Source: Selaginella moellendorffii (lineage: Eukaryota; Plantae; Lycopodiophyta). From it: a DNA stretch of 64,000 bases. The DNA lies in assembly GCF_000143415.4 (NCBI RefSeq), contig NW_003314321.1:1182422-1246421 (forward strand). Direction: 5' to 3'. Numbering within the stretch: the stretch's first letter is position 1; each line of letters begins with the position of its first letter. A program made the position numbers and the translations under genes. Positions 1 through 11,638 of this stretch are shown in pieces. Under the pieces are notes generated by a model. The model searched no databases, was not told the origin of the DNA, and worked only from the letters and a program-made list of their open reading frames with translations.

Positions 1-419
1 AACAACGAGAAAGAAGAGCAATGTTCCTGAGCTTTCCTCCTCCTCTTCAGCTGATCAAGACACTTGCCAAGTTGCTGCTCGTCACTGCTGGGAGTTCAGT
101 TTGTATAGCTGGGTGTATTAGAATTCCCTATCAACCAAAGCGAACAACCCATATCAACCATGGTGCCTGCCGCGCCGCCCACCTGCTGGGCTTCGAGGCG
201 GCTCTACATCCACGACTTTAGGAGGTACAAGAACCTGGTGGTGATTTTCGCTAGATCTCCACATAGGAAACATCTTCACCGAGGCCTACATGCCCGAGAC
301 GAAGAACCCGGGAATAGCTGCTCCGTGGACCGAGGCACCGACGGTACCCAGGAAGATACAGAGGACCTACAAGATCCCATTCTCGCAGGCAAAGCAGGAC
401 AGTGACGATCTAAGCTTCG

Positions 420-830
420 GATCGTGCCATCCGTTTGTCGTCCTCGGAGCGCGCGCGCGCCTGTGCCGGGGATGATCTTCTCTCTGGCGGCTCAGCTACT
501 CGCGACCATTACTGCCCGTTTCTGGAGTCGCGGATGCTGGGATGGCGAGTTGCCTTCTCCTGCAGTCCCGCGTCGAATGAGTGATGAGGAGGATCGCCCA
601 CGAAGACACGGGCTGCTGGATATGGACTTCATGAATCAGCGTCTGCGTGGCATTGTAGAGTCAGGCTGCTACTGGCATACATAGATCTGGACCATCTGGA
701 CGAGATGATTAGCGAGCAGGGTGTTGGCGGGGATGAGATTGCCGTCTTGTTCGCAAGCTGCTGGCGCAGAGCAAGCTCCTGCAACCAGCTCCACTCGCAT
801 GACATGATGACCGGTGTATATGGCGATAAA
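420..830 (-). pseudogene. Degraded paralog of the 3300-4030 segment (possible PPR remnant)
   Basis: Shares blocks such as cctgcagtcccgcgtcg, gaggatcgccc and gcaaccagctccact with 3300-4030. No intact ORF. Confidence 0.4.
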
Positions 831-962
831 TCTTTCAATTGTTTTGTAGTTCTAGCAGTGAACTTTTAGCATTGTAGGTGCTGAAATGATCATTGATCAT
901 GTGATGCGCATGCGAGCTTAGAAAAAGGAGTTTGTGCATGGAGATAATGGTTTTTCTTGCCT

Positions 963-1857
963 TCAAGTTGAGCAGAATCCTCCCCAGAATAAGTAGTCTT
1001 CCTCCAGGAAAGATCTGCACGACTCGCTGCTCTGGAGCATCCCGCTGCTGGAATCCTCGAAAATTTGTGCGAAATCGAAAGGGTCGAGGATGTTCGTGGC
1101 CTCCAGACCATGACTTCTGGGTTCTTGATCCTCGTGCTGCTGGCTCTGCGAAGCTGGAAAATTTCTGCTGCTGCTGCAGCTGCTGCAAGAGGCGACTTCA
1201 GTGGATCTGGCAGTAGCGGCACTTGGAGCTTCGAATTCACTTGTAGAGCCTGAGGAAGTTGTGTCTATAGACTGCTGGGTCTGAGAGACTGTCACGGGAT
1301 CAATCCCAAGCGCCTTGAACTTCTTTCTGATGCTCGAGTTCCAGTAGTTCTTGATCTGGTTATCTGTGCGACCGGGGAGCTTTGCAGCAATCTGGGACCA
1401 TCTGCTAGTTATACGGCAAAAGTTTCACTGGTTCGTAGAAACATTGGAAGAGAAACCCCACCTGTTTCCCACAATTGCATGCATTTCCGCAATGAACTTC
1501 TCCTCCTGGGGCGAGAAATCGCTGTGGTTGAGCTCCGGTCTCAGATAGTTGAGCCATCGCAGCCTGCAGCTCTTCCCGCATCGCTTGAGACCTGTGCTCA
1601 CGATCATCACCACAGATCATTTGTCTCTATGAAACCACTTCTCATGTCAGAGATGTGTATATACCGGCATGCTTTGGAACGTCACTCCATCGGCTGTGGC
1701 CGTGCTTGAGCACGCACTCGATCAATCGGTCGTCTTCATCTGGCGACCACAGCCCACGCCGTAGCATCAGAGGTTTCCTTGCTCGTGGATTTTTCTTACC
1801 GCTGCTATTAACTTCCATTTGCCTGTCTTCTAAAAGAATTGTGTTTTGTGCCACCAT
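963..1857 (-). CDS. R2R3-MYB transcription factor, 3 exons (1857-1665, 1591-1462, 1401-963)
   Basis: Spliced translation gives [13 protein letters not shown]...WSDVPKHAG|[18 protein letters not shown]...GNR|[22 protein letters not shown]...LGIDPVT. GT-AG introns at 1664-1592 (73 nt) and 1461-1402 (60 nt). Exon 2 is 130 bp, the canonical R2R3-MYB size. The start codon could be the downstream Met (MEVNSSG). Confidence 0.92.
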
Positions 1858-2249
1858 TGTGTATAGCCGTTTAACACAACAAACTCGACGACTATCATTA
1901 ATTAAGCCTAGCCATAATTATAGAGACAAAAGCTAGCTAGCTACCAACCGTCACAATTAGAAGTATCACCCTCTCTCCAAGACTTGACAAATGCTCGCAA
2001 ATAAAATAGGTAGCGAGGGCAGCTTTGATCGTGCCTGTTGTACATTGTCCTAGAGAATGAGAGAGACACTTGTCGCTGCGATGGCAAACTCTGCCTCATG
2101 CTCGTTGGGCCACACTTGGCTAGATTCCTCTTCGGTTTCGACGCGACCCATTCCTTGTTTTTCGGAGATCCAGCCATCCCGGGGGCAGGGTGGACACACT
2201 TCTGTCAATGTGTGATGAGAACTTCGTGTAGATGCAAGGCCTTTTGTGT

Positions 2250-2860
2250 ATGAGATGGCGGCAGAGGCGTCTCAATGCTGCGCAAATCTTCTCCAGTCGT
2301 GTGGCGCCCAGAAAGATGTTGCTCATTTGCAATAGATCGGCATGGTGGATGCTGCTCTATTCTACTGCGAACTCACAACGAGGTGTTCTGGAATGCAAGC
2401 GACTGCCCAGAATGGGCATCCAGAGAATGTGAAGTACGTGTTTGGCAAGGTGCCCGGAGCATTGAACGTGGAACATTCTTTTTTATGCTTACGCGCATCA
2501 AGGCATGGTACTGGAAGCAGTTCGACTCTCGTACAATGCCCGAGCACAACCTCATGTCGTGGAACGCTATGCCGGCAGCTTATTCCGAGTATGGGCATCA
2601 ATCGGAGGCGAAGTGTTGCTTTGACAAGATGCCCGAGCGCAACTAGAGCAGCCGGAGACAACAGGGAGTGCGCTCCATGAGTAGCCGAGCCTCTTGCAAG
2701 TGCCTGCTGAACGGCATGGCGTGGAACTCATTCTACTCACGGATTGTTAAATTTGGCCCCTATCTTGTTTAGAGAGGCATCCATGATCAACGTGCATGGT
2801 CAGCGAGGCTATATATCTCACAGCACCATGGTTGATGCCATGCCGTGACATGGTTGCCTG
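2250..2860 (+). pseudogene. Deleted and frameshifted copy of the PPR gene at 5232-6977
   Basis: Begins atgagatggcggcagaggcgtctcaatg, as at 5232. Later blocks (MPEHNLMSWNAM, KCCFDKMPERN, ccatgatcaacgtgcatggtcag) match the intact gene across large deletions. Confidence 0.88.
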
Positions 2861-3299
2861 GATTTCCAGGGTGCCTGGAAATTGTCTATGGATTCCAACA
2901 TCAAGGGCATAGAGGTAAACACACCAGGGGGGAAAGACCCATCTGTTATGTTCCTTCTCGGTTAACATGTTAAAATGTTGTGAATCACACCAGGCCACTA
3001 GTTGTTTCAGGAGCCCGACACACAGTTTACATATATCGCCTTGATGTAAGTGGAGAAGGATCAGCGTCACAACTGGATTGTAATGCCAGGAACAACGAAA
3101 TACTGGCCGAAGTTCACACTGCCTAGGACGCCTTGTCCAGGAAGTCCGTTGGACTCGAGTGGAGTGGGGTTTTTCATTTCTATGTTGTGGCAAATGGCAG
3201 GATTTAACTGCGGATTTTGCGAGAGACTGGCTTCAGCTTGGTTTGAGAACAAGAAGCTGACCGTTCAACTTTCTTGACAACGAGAAAGAAGAACTCCTC

Positions 3300-4030
3300 C
3301 TCCAGCTACAAGCATGCACCTGCCAAGTTGCTGGAGGCCATGTTCAGTGGATACCAGAGCGAAGCCTCGGGCAGTCGTGTCCCACCCACTGTGTCATCTC
3401 GTCTGTCGTCTGGAGTTCCATAGCACCAAGTCGCGGATGCTGAGTCGCCTCCTCCTGCAGTCCCGCGTCGGACTGCGTGGTGATGAGGATCGCCCTCGAC
3501 TCGGGCATTTTGTGCCCGTGACAGTGGGCCGCCAGCGCCGCGCCCCACGACACGATGTTCCTGCCGCTCGGCATGCAACAGCCTCTTGGCCTCGCCCTGC
3601 TGGGACAAGCGCCCCGCGTGTAGGCGGCGGTCCAAGACACGACACTTTTGTCGTCGAGTTGAAGATCGTTCACATCCCGGCTTGGGCACCGTTTTTGAAA
3701 ACACGCAGTGCTCCGGACGGCAAGCGATAAAACACTCTTAGTCACGTTCTCCAGTTCCTCAGCCTCTGCGTGATAGAGTTGTAGTGGAATCAAACATTGT
3801 CCAGTGGAAGAATCAACACGCGCTGCAGTGCGTCTATGATGCTCACGTTACGCATATGCTGCAAGCAGAGACAATGTCATGACAGGGCATGGCGAGAAAT
3901 ATCTCTTCGGCGAGATGATGTTTTCTTGTGCATACACCATCAACACCGTCTCTGGCGGGCATGGCGATTGTCGTGCTTGTGCTCAATCTGCCTGGCGCTT
4001 CTGCAACCAGCTCCACTAGCGGTGAATTTC
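3300..4030 (-). pseudogene. Probable PPR (PLS) pseudogene remnant
   Basis: Fragments DKSVVSWTAAY and GRNIVSWGAALAAHCHGH resemble PLS-PPR/E motifs. Frameshifted. Confidence 0.45.
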
Positions 4031-4160
4031 TTGTTGTGCAGTTCTAGCAGTCAAAGGGATCATTCGTCAGCAACGTGATGCGCATGCGAGCTTAGAAAAT
4101 GCGATTCTTATCACACACCAAATTATACGGTGTTTATACATGGTGAGAACGGTTTTACTG

Positions 4161-4660
4161 CCTTCAAGTCGAGCCAAATCCTGCCCAGAACAAGTCGTCT
4201 TCCCTCCAGGAACGATGTGCCGGCCCGTGCTGCACGACTCGTTGCGATCTGGAGCATCCCACTGCTCATGTGTTCCTCTTTTCCCGCTGGATAACAAAGG
4301 AAAAGCTCTAGAGATCGAAAGTATTCGTAGCCTTGAAACCCAGACATTAATTGATGATTTCTGGATTCTTGATCCTCGTGCTGCTTGCTCTGCGAAACTG
4401 GACAGTTTCTGCTGCCATTGCTGCTGTTTGTAAGAAGCCATTTCAGTGTGGTTGAACTCCGGCCTCAGATAGTTGATCCATCGCAGTCTGCAGCTCTTCC
4501 CGCATCGCTTAAGACCTGTAGGAGATCCATCACATGAAGAGTCATATGATGTTTATATACCGGCATGGTCACTCCATCGGCTGTGGCCGTGCTTGAGCAT
4601 ACACTCGATTAATCGAGGTTTCCTTGCTCGAAAATTTGTCTTACGCTATTAGCTTCCATT
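4161..4660 (-). pseudogene. Deleted copy of the R2R3-MYB gene
   Basis: 4461-4520 matches exon 2 ([19 protein letters not shown]) and 4560-4660 matches parts of exon 1. Most of R3 is deleted. The C-terminal part matches 960-1200. Confidence 0.88.
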
Positions 4661-5231
4661 CTTGTGAAATGCAAACGTGCTTTCTCTAATATATCTACAA
4701 CTTACAAGAGCTGTGTTTGTTTCTATTTACCTAACATGTCCACAGACCTAGTGTAGACCTTAGTGTCGACCTTTTCCTGTAGTGTTCGACCCACCACCAT
4801 TGCGTGTAGCCTTTTCCAGCACAACAAACACGAGGTTGGCAGGATTATCATTCATTAAGCCAAGAAATTAATTATAGATAAACTCTTGTTTAATCAAGGC
4901 TGGCAAAAGTGTGGTGTATTTCCAACCGGCACAAATTAGACGCGTGTCGGACTCAGACAAATTGTATTTATGTATCACTTGTTTTAAATTTTGTGGTGCC
5001 TATCTACAAACACCAACTCAATATGCTCGAGAGCCTGACATTAGCTTTGAAATTAAATAGGTCGCTTGATCGTGTTCTAAAAAATGAGGGAGACAATGCT
5101 TGCGTGGCTTGTGGCTGTGATGACAAACTCATTCTACCGTGGACACACTTTTGTTAGTGCTCAAGGCTGGGCGTGAGCACTTACTGGCAGTGGAATTTTC
5201 TCATTTGTAGCTGTAGATAGGCATTATATGT

Positions 5232-6977
5232 ATGAGATGGCGGCAGAGGCGTCTCAATGCCGAGAAGAACGAGCTCGCAAAGCTTCTCCAGTCGTGTGCT
5301 GCCCACAAGGATGTTGCTCGTACCAGGATCGTTCATCGCACGATAACCGCCAGCGATCGCCACAGCCGCAGTGCCTTTCTGCTCAATCTCCTCGTCCACG
5401 CTTATGCGCAATGCGGCTGCCTGGGCGACGCCGCTGCCGTATTTGCCGCACTGCCGCGGCCAAATCTCTTCTCCTGGAACATCCTCCTCCACGCACACAT
5501 TTGCAACGGCCAGATCCAGTCGGCATGGAAAGTGTTCCACGCCATGCCGCTCAGAGACGCTGTGTCCTGGAACAATATTACCACCGTATATGCCAGCCAC
5601 GGGCAATTGCAAGAGGCTCGGCTACTCCTGGAGCGAACTCCCTCTTGGAGCGTTGTCTGTTTGAGCTCTCTCGTTAACGGCTGTGCCCAACTTGGTGACA
5701 TTGATGCCGCTCTATTCTACTTCCATTCGATGCCAACTCGCAACGAGGTGTCCTGGAATGCCATCATCCAAGCGACTACCCAGAATGGGCATCCGGACGA
5801 CGCGAAGTACGTGTTTGACAAGATGCCTCTATGGGGCATTACTACGTGGAACATTCTTTTCTATGCTTGCGCGCAGCAAGGCAGGGTATTGGAGGCAGCT
5901 CGAATTTTTTGTACAATGCCCGAGCACAATCTCATGTCATGGAACGCTATGCTGGCAGCTTTTGCCCAGTATGGGCATCAAATGCAGGCAAAGTGTTGCT
6001 TTGACAGGATGCCCGAGCGCAACATTGGTGCTTGGAACTCTATAATTCTACTCCATGGCAATCTTGGACTGCTAACTTTGGCACACTTGGCCTTCCACAA
6101 GATGCCCGCCTGGGACGTCATCTCCTGGAACACTTTGTTTCGAGCGATGTACCAAAACGGGCACCTGGATCACGCTACGGAGCTCTTTCTTTCCATGCCG
6201 GAGCGTAGCATTGTAACGTGGACCTCCATGATCGATGTGCATGGTCAGGGAGGCTATCTCGACCGCGCCGTGGAAACTTTTAACTCGATGCCATGCCGCG
6301 ACGTCGTTGCCTGGAACGCACTGATAGCAGCAAATGTTCTGAATGGTCATTTGCATGGTGCTGCCGTGGTATTCACCTCTATGCCCCTGCATGAGGCATT
6401 TGGCTGGACGACCATGTTGGCCACTTACGCAGGTCAAGGATGCATGGAAAAAGCATGTGAGATGTTTGAATCTCTTTCAAAGAGGAATGTCGTTTCATGG
6501 AATGCAATGATCCAAGCTTATGCCCAGAGTGGGCACGGCTTCGAGGCCTTGGAGCTTTACCACGAGATGCTTCTCTGCGGCGTGATGCCTGACGAGGCAT
6601 CGTTTAAGAGTGTCATGGTGGCGTGCAGCTACGTCGGGATGTTGCACGACACTTGCCACGCATTACTTGTGTCCATGGCGAGTGATTTTGACGTTGCTCT
6701 AAGCAAAGATCACTTCAACTGCATCGCAGACATGCTAGGGAGGAGCGGGCAGCTAGATCGAGCTGAGGAGTTTGTCCATAACATGCCAGTGCCACCTCTT
6801 GAAAAGGCCACGGCGTGGAGTGCATTGCTGGGGAACTGCAAGCTCCAGCAGGACACCGAACGAGCAGCTCGAGTGGCAGAGTACGCTCTGGAGCTCAACC
6901 CAGGAGACTGCGCTACCTACATACTGCTCGCAAATTTGTTTGCATCCTCAGGATGTCTCCAAGACGACAGTGTGTAA
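5232..6977 (+). CDS. PLS-class pentatricopeptide repeat protein with E domain, no DYW (organellar RNA-editing factor type)
   Basis: Intronless 581-aa ORF with repeated MP.R.VVSWNA motifs. C-terminal HFNCIADMLGRSGQL...AWSALLGNC...YILLANLFA is E1/E2-like. Confidence 0.95.
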   Translation: MRWRQRRLNAEKNELAKLLQSCAAHKDVARTRIVHRTITASDRHSRSAFLLNLLVHAYAQCGCLGDAAAVFAALPRPNLFSWNILLHAHICNGQIQSAWKVFHAMPLRDAVSWNNITTVYASHGQLQEARLLLERTPSWSVVCLSSLVNGCAQLGDIDAALFYFHSMPTRNEVSWNAIIQATTQNGHPDDAKYVFDKMPLWGITTWNILFYACAQQGRVLEAARIFCTMPEHNLMSWNAMLAAFAQYGHQMQAKCCFDRMPERNIGAWNSIILLHGNLGLLTLAHLAFHKMPAWDVISWNTLFRAMYQNGHLDHATELFLSMPERSIVTWTSMIDVHGQGGYLDRAVETFNSMPCRDVVAWNALIAANVLNGHLHGAAVVFTSMPLHEAFGWTTMLATYAGQGCMEKACEMFESLSKRNVVSWNAMIQAYAQSGHGFEALELYHEMLLCGVMPDEASFKSVMVACSYVGMLHDTCHALLVSMASDFDVALSKDHFNCIADMLGRSGQLDRAEEFVHNMPVPPLEKATAWSALLGNCKLQQDTERAARVAEYALELNPGDCATYILLANLFASSGCLQDDSV

Positions 6978-7449
6978 AGAGTTTTTTTTGTGCTTTCTGG
7001 ATTGGAAGAAGTGGCATTTCTTTTTTTTTGGTGCACTCTGTATCCTAGGTACTCATTGTTGCTCTCACCTGGGATGTCAAGGCAGTGTACTCGTTGATCC
7101 ACAGGTCAATTCAAATGCTTTTTGATGTTCAGTGTTTCTCAATGTTTGCAGAAAACAATAGGTGTTAGAGCCTTCATAAATAAATCAGCAATCTGATTCT
7201 TGATTGCCACATATTTGAGTGTCAGCTCATGTCCCATCATTCCCCTAACATATGGTGAACCTGGCATGTGCTTTTTATGGTGTTATTTCTCTCTTTTCCT
7301 TTCAGCTGTGGAATTTAAAGAGTTATTTCATGTTTGTCTTGCAGTAGATTTGCTTGATCTTTTTAGTGCATTAGATACAAAAAACATTGTTTTTCTTTGA
7401 ATACTACACAGCTTGATAAAAAAAGAGCCCTAAAGCCTCACAAAATAAA

Positions 7450-9600
7450 AACTTCACTTATAAACCAGGCCAAAATGAATAAGATCCATTTTAAGGCCTA
7501 CCAATGTGGCCATTCTGGGCAATGTCTGGGCAGGTATAGATCAAGCATCCAATGACCTGGTGATAGGGCACAATGCTTTTTATCCTTGCTGGAAGGAGAC
7601 ATGCTTCCATTGGAGTAACAAAAGGATTGAGGTTCTCAATCCCAAACCTGCTCAGTACTTCTTCCACATAAGCTTAGCCTGAGAGTGTCGTAACTCTTGA
7701 TCAAGGTTGCTGGAGTGCTTTATTGTTGGAAACAAAGATCCTATCATCCAGAAAAATGACCAAGGCACCATCCTCCAACTTCATATAGATAGGTCATAGA
7801 GAGCCTTTTTCAGCCTGTAAATCCTCTTGCTTGAATCAAGGCTTGTCAGGATCTGGATATAAAAACCTCTTCAGGAATTTCTCCATGTTCACATCCATCT
7901 ACTCCACATAAAGATCATGCTATGCTGCCAAAGCAAGTAACAGTCTGATAAAGGCCATCTTCATGACTAGGCTGAAGGTTTTAGCCTCCAATACAGATTG
8001 ACGGCATTGGAGTCAATGCCGTCAATGCCGTCAATCTGAGTGAAGCCTCTCACCACAAGCCTGGCTTTGAAGTGTTGCAGTTTTCCTGACAGTCCAGCTT
8101 TCGTGCAAAATAGAAGCTTTGTCAAAATGATAATAGCATGTCAAGAACAAATTCAGGAATGTACCAAGTCTCATTTTTCTTATGAGCTTGCATCTCATCA
8201 GCTACAGCTTGATCCTATGCAGTAGCATAAGGAAAGTTCTTAGCTTGTACAAGCATACAAAAAATCTACACTTCCACGGCTGTAAACATGGTCTTCTAGC
8301 TGAGATGATAAGAGGCTATGGCAGCTGCTCTTGTTCACCTCTCAGCTTGCTCTTGCTAATAAAAGCTTTTGTATATGTCAAAGGGCATCCAGAGCGGCTC
8401 AAAACTTGGACAATATCTTGATCATGAGTATGCATAGGTTCAGGAACCATATGCTCAGGCTCAAAAATGTTGCGCTTAGGAACCTGGTCAGGATTAGACG
8501 CAAGAACAAAACTATCAGGAATCCAGGATACCACCTTTTTCAGGCTCAGAAGCTCATGTCACAGCAAAGGTCGAAGCTCCTACTATAGGTGGAGCATAGG
8601 CACAGCCAAGTCAAGGAAGAGGATCATCATCATCCTCTTCCCATGGACTAAAGAACATAGGCTCGATCTCCCATTGCTTTCTCCATAAAGAAAACATGTT
8701 GAAGGAACTGCTGGATCATCTTGACGGTAGGATTAAAGTGTGGCTTTGCATGGGTCTAGATGAAGGAGTTGATATCCCCACTGCTAGTCACTATAGCCTT
8801 CCTAGATTTAACTTCCTATGGAGCTCATTAGGAACATGAGAAAAAGCTACACAGCCAAACTGTCTTAAGATATCCATGCATGGACATCATCTGGTACAAG
8901 GTACCTTGCCTTGATTAGTTGTTGTCAGCACCCTATTACGCATGACGACAGCTGTATAGCATGATCCCAAAACATAAGAGGAAGACCAGCATCGGCTATC
9001 ATCATCCTAGCTAGCTCCACCATTGTCTTGTTGAATCGCTCAGCTACCCTGTTGAGCTTAGAGTGTATGGAATTGTGAATTGCTAATGAATTCCTGCTTG
9101 CTTGCAGTAAGCAGCAAAATTAAAGGACATATACTCACCTCCTCCATCAGAGTAGAGCACTTTGATATGCAAATCAAGCTGGTTCTCCACTTCATGCTGA
9201 TAAGCTTTAAATGATGGCAAAGCTTTGTTCTTAGTAGCTAAGAACTTGACACCCACATACCTCATAGCATCATTGATGAATGAAATAAAATATCTTTTTG
9301 TCATCAGTTGATGGACCACCAAAGTCCAAGTGCACCAGCAGGAGAGGACTTGTCATTCAAATACTCAAGGAAGAGTTGAATGTGCAGTGATGTTGCTTGC
9401 CCATTTTGCATGGTTCGTATAATGGCATTAAAGAAGGTGTGAATTGTCGAATCCAGCCAAAGAACATGGCTAGTGGCATCAAGTATGCTCCTTGAGTCAT
9501 CTATGGCAAGCCATTGGCTGCAACAAAAGAGTTGTTTTTGTCTCAGCATTGACTTTTAAAATCTAGTGCCACATCTGTTAGGTGCTACCTTTGACCACAT
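7450..9600 (-). mobile_element. Degenerate Ty1/Copia remnant (integrase and RT fragments)
   Basis: ORF 9083-9322 reads IKVLYSDGGGEYMS (Copia integrase). About 7760-7830 on the minus strand reads IYRLKKALY and LVIFLDD-like RT motifs. Many stops. Confidence 0.8.
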
Positions 9601-9869
9601 GGTTAACATTAGTCAAAGGGAAGTGTGAGACACAAAATCCCTAGGCCCCAAAGTGGAGCCGAAAGAGTGCCACATGGTAGTGGCTGAAGTGAAAGCTAAA
9701 CGAGCGTAACACGTTTGGAATAAAAGTTTCGACTTGAAAGGTCGAGAGTGGGAGTGGAACACCTAACAAGGGCTCAAGGAACGAGCACAAATTGAGCAAT
9801 AAGCGAGGCTCCAAAAAAGACCAAAAGGACCAACACATGACACGTGGAAGTGTCCGAGAAGGAGTCCAA

Positions 9870-10380
9870 GATGGATCCGAGATAGATCCAAGATGGAGTA
9901 CAAGATAGACCCGAGATGGAGTCTGAGATGAAATCCAAAATGGAATCCGAGATGGAGTCCGAGATGGAGTCCGAGATGGAGTCTGAGATGGACTCGAGAT
10001 GGAGTTCGAGATGGACCCGAGATGGAGTCCAAGATGGACTCGAGTTGGAGTCTGAGATGGACCTAAGATGGAGTCTGAGATGGAGTCTAAGATGGACCTG
10101 AGATAGAGTCCGAGATGGACCCGAGATGGAGTCCAAGATGGACCCGAGATGGAGTCTGAGATAGACCCGACAATAGAGTCCAAGATGGAGTCCGAGATGG
10201 ACTCGAGATGGAGTTCNNNNNNNNNNNNNNNNNNNNNNNNNNNNNNNNNNNNNNNNNNNNNNNNNNNNNNNNNNNNNNNNNNNNNNNNNNNNNNNNNNNN
10301 NNNNNNNNNNNNNNNNAGATGGAGTCTGAGACGGAGTCCGAGATGGAGTTCGAGAAGGACTCGAAATGGAGTTCGAGGTT
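9870..10380. repeat. Degenerate 12-bp tandem array (GAGATGGAGTCC)n inside the LTR; contains the 100-N assembly gap at 10217-10316
   Basis: Directly visible. Equivalent arrays lie at ~15890-16190 and ~17570-17940. Confidence 0.95.
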
Positions 10381-11626
10381 GAGATGTGGACTGGGATCGA
10401 GACCGGGTTCCAACATGAGACCGTGAGTGCTACCGGGTCGGGTTCGGGGTCCAAGAAGGAGAACTAGGCCGAGGCCTAGCAGATGAACGAGTACGAATTC
10501 GAGTACGAGTTCGAATCCGAGTCCAAGTCCAAATTTGAGTCTGAGAGGGTGAAAGCCCAAAGATGGTGGTCTGAGCTAACTCTGGGGGCTTTGGTGAGCT
10601 CCAAAACCATAGTAAGAGGCAGGATTCCAGTCGAAGCAGTTCGGCCAGGAAGGCTGGCTGCGGGGGGTTCCAAAAGTATAGTAGGGAGAGTGTGGGGGTT
10701 GGAGCCTAGTGGAGCCAGTTTGGCCAGGAAAGGCTAGTTTGGCCTTGGAAGGCCATACCCAGTGTTGGGTGATGAGTTGATCACTGGGAAGTCCAAGACT
10801 AGAGTGAATACGGACCAACAAGCGGGGTAGATTAGTGAAGTGTTTAAGAGCCGACTTTAGTTCCCTTGAGAGATCGAATGGTCGATGCTCCCAGTCCAAG
10901 TGTGGGTGGCACTACCTACTTGGATACCTAGTGTGGCTCAACGGAACCTCGCTCTAAGCCCATGGCTAGAGCACCCAAAGGTGGAAGGCGGGGAGAGTAT
11001 CCATAAGGCTCGTGTAAGGCCACGGTGTTCCGAAATGCTGTCCTAAAGGCCTAGATGGTGGAAAGGAAGAGGAGTAGTCCTCTGGTGTAGTGACCAAGGA
11101 TACAGTTATGTGGTGAGGAAGTCCCATAAGACCATAGGACTTAGTGGTCAGGCTTGTGGGCCTCAATCCAGTGGCAGTGTTGGCAAACACGGTTATGGGC
11201 AGAAAGGGACTTGGTGGGGACCGGAAAAGGGATATTGGGGAAGGCTATTCCCCATGTCTGCGAGCATTTTAAGGATGCTAAAGAGTGGATCTAGGATGAT
11301 CACTTATGGATGAATGGCCTAGTCTTTTAGAGATAGGACTGTGATGTAGGTGGTGTCAAACCACTAGTGTGACCAAGGTGAATGGGCATAACCTTAGTGT
11401 AACGGGCTGATATGTCGGTGGTACCTTGGGGTGTCAGTCATGAGATTGGACACATGGAGCACTTAGACCAAATGCGATGGTTGAGTGGCTTGGATGCCAT
11501 TCTTGGGGCTAGCAAGTCCCTAAGTCCAAAATAGGACTTACTGAGGTTGTGAGTGAGACTTTTCCAAGTGGTTAGAGGTATAAATAAGTGACTAAAGTAG
11601 AATGGAAAATTTAGTCGCTTACAACT

Positions 11627-11638
11627 TGGTATCAGAGC
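11627..11638 (+). promoter_or_regulatory. Primer-binding site, tRNA-iMet
   Basis: TGGTATCAGAGC, 3 nt after the LTR-terminal CA. Confidence 0.9.

Noticed and set aside
2880-3277. Possible exon (ORF 3050-3277)
   Set aside because: No recognisable motif and no support for a gene model.
7997-8036. Small hairpin/tandem attgacggcattg...caatgccgtcaatgccgtcaat
   Set aside because: Single short occurrence inside a decayed Copia, most likely a local repair duplication.
10217-10316. 100-N run
   Set aside because: Assembly gap, so the array and LTR lengths here are unreliable.
9641-10560. ORFs rich in SISD/SRTP/ESEM (also 15644-16224, 17288-18001, 32992-33306, 39366-39687)
   Set aside because: Stop-poor translations of 6/12-bp LTR tandem arrays, not genes.
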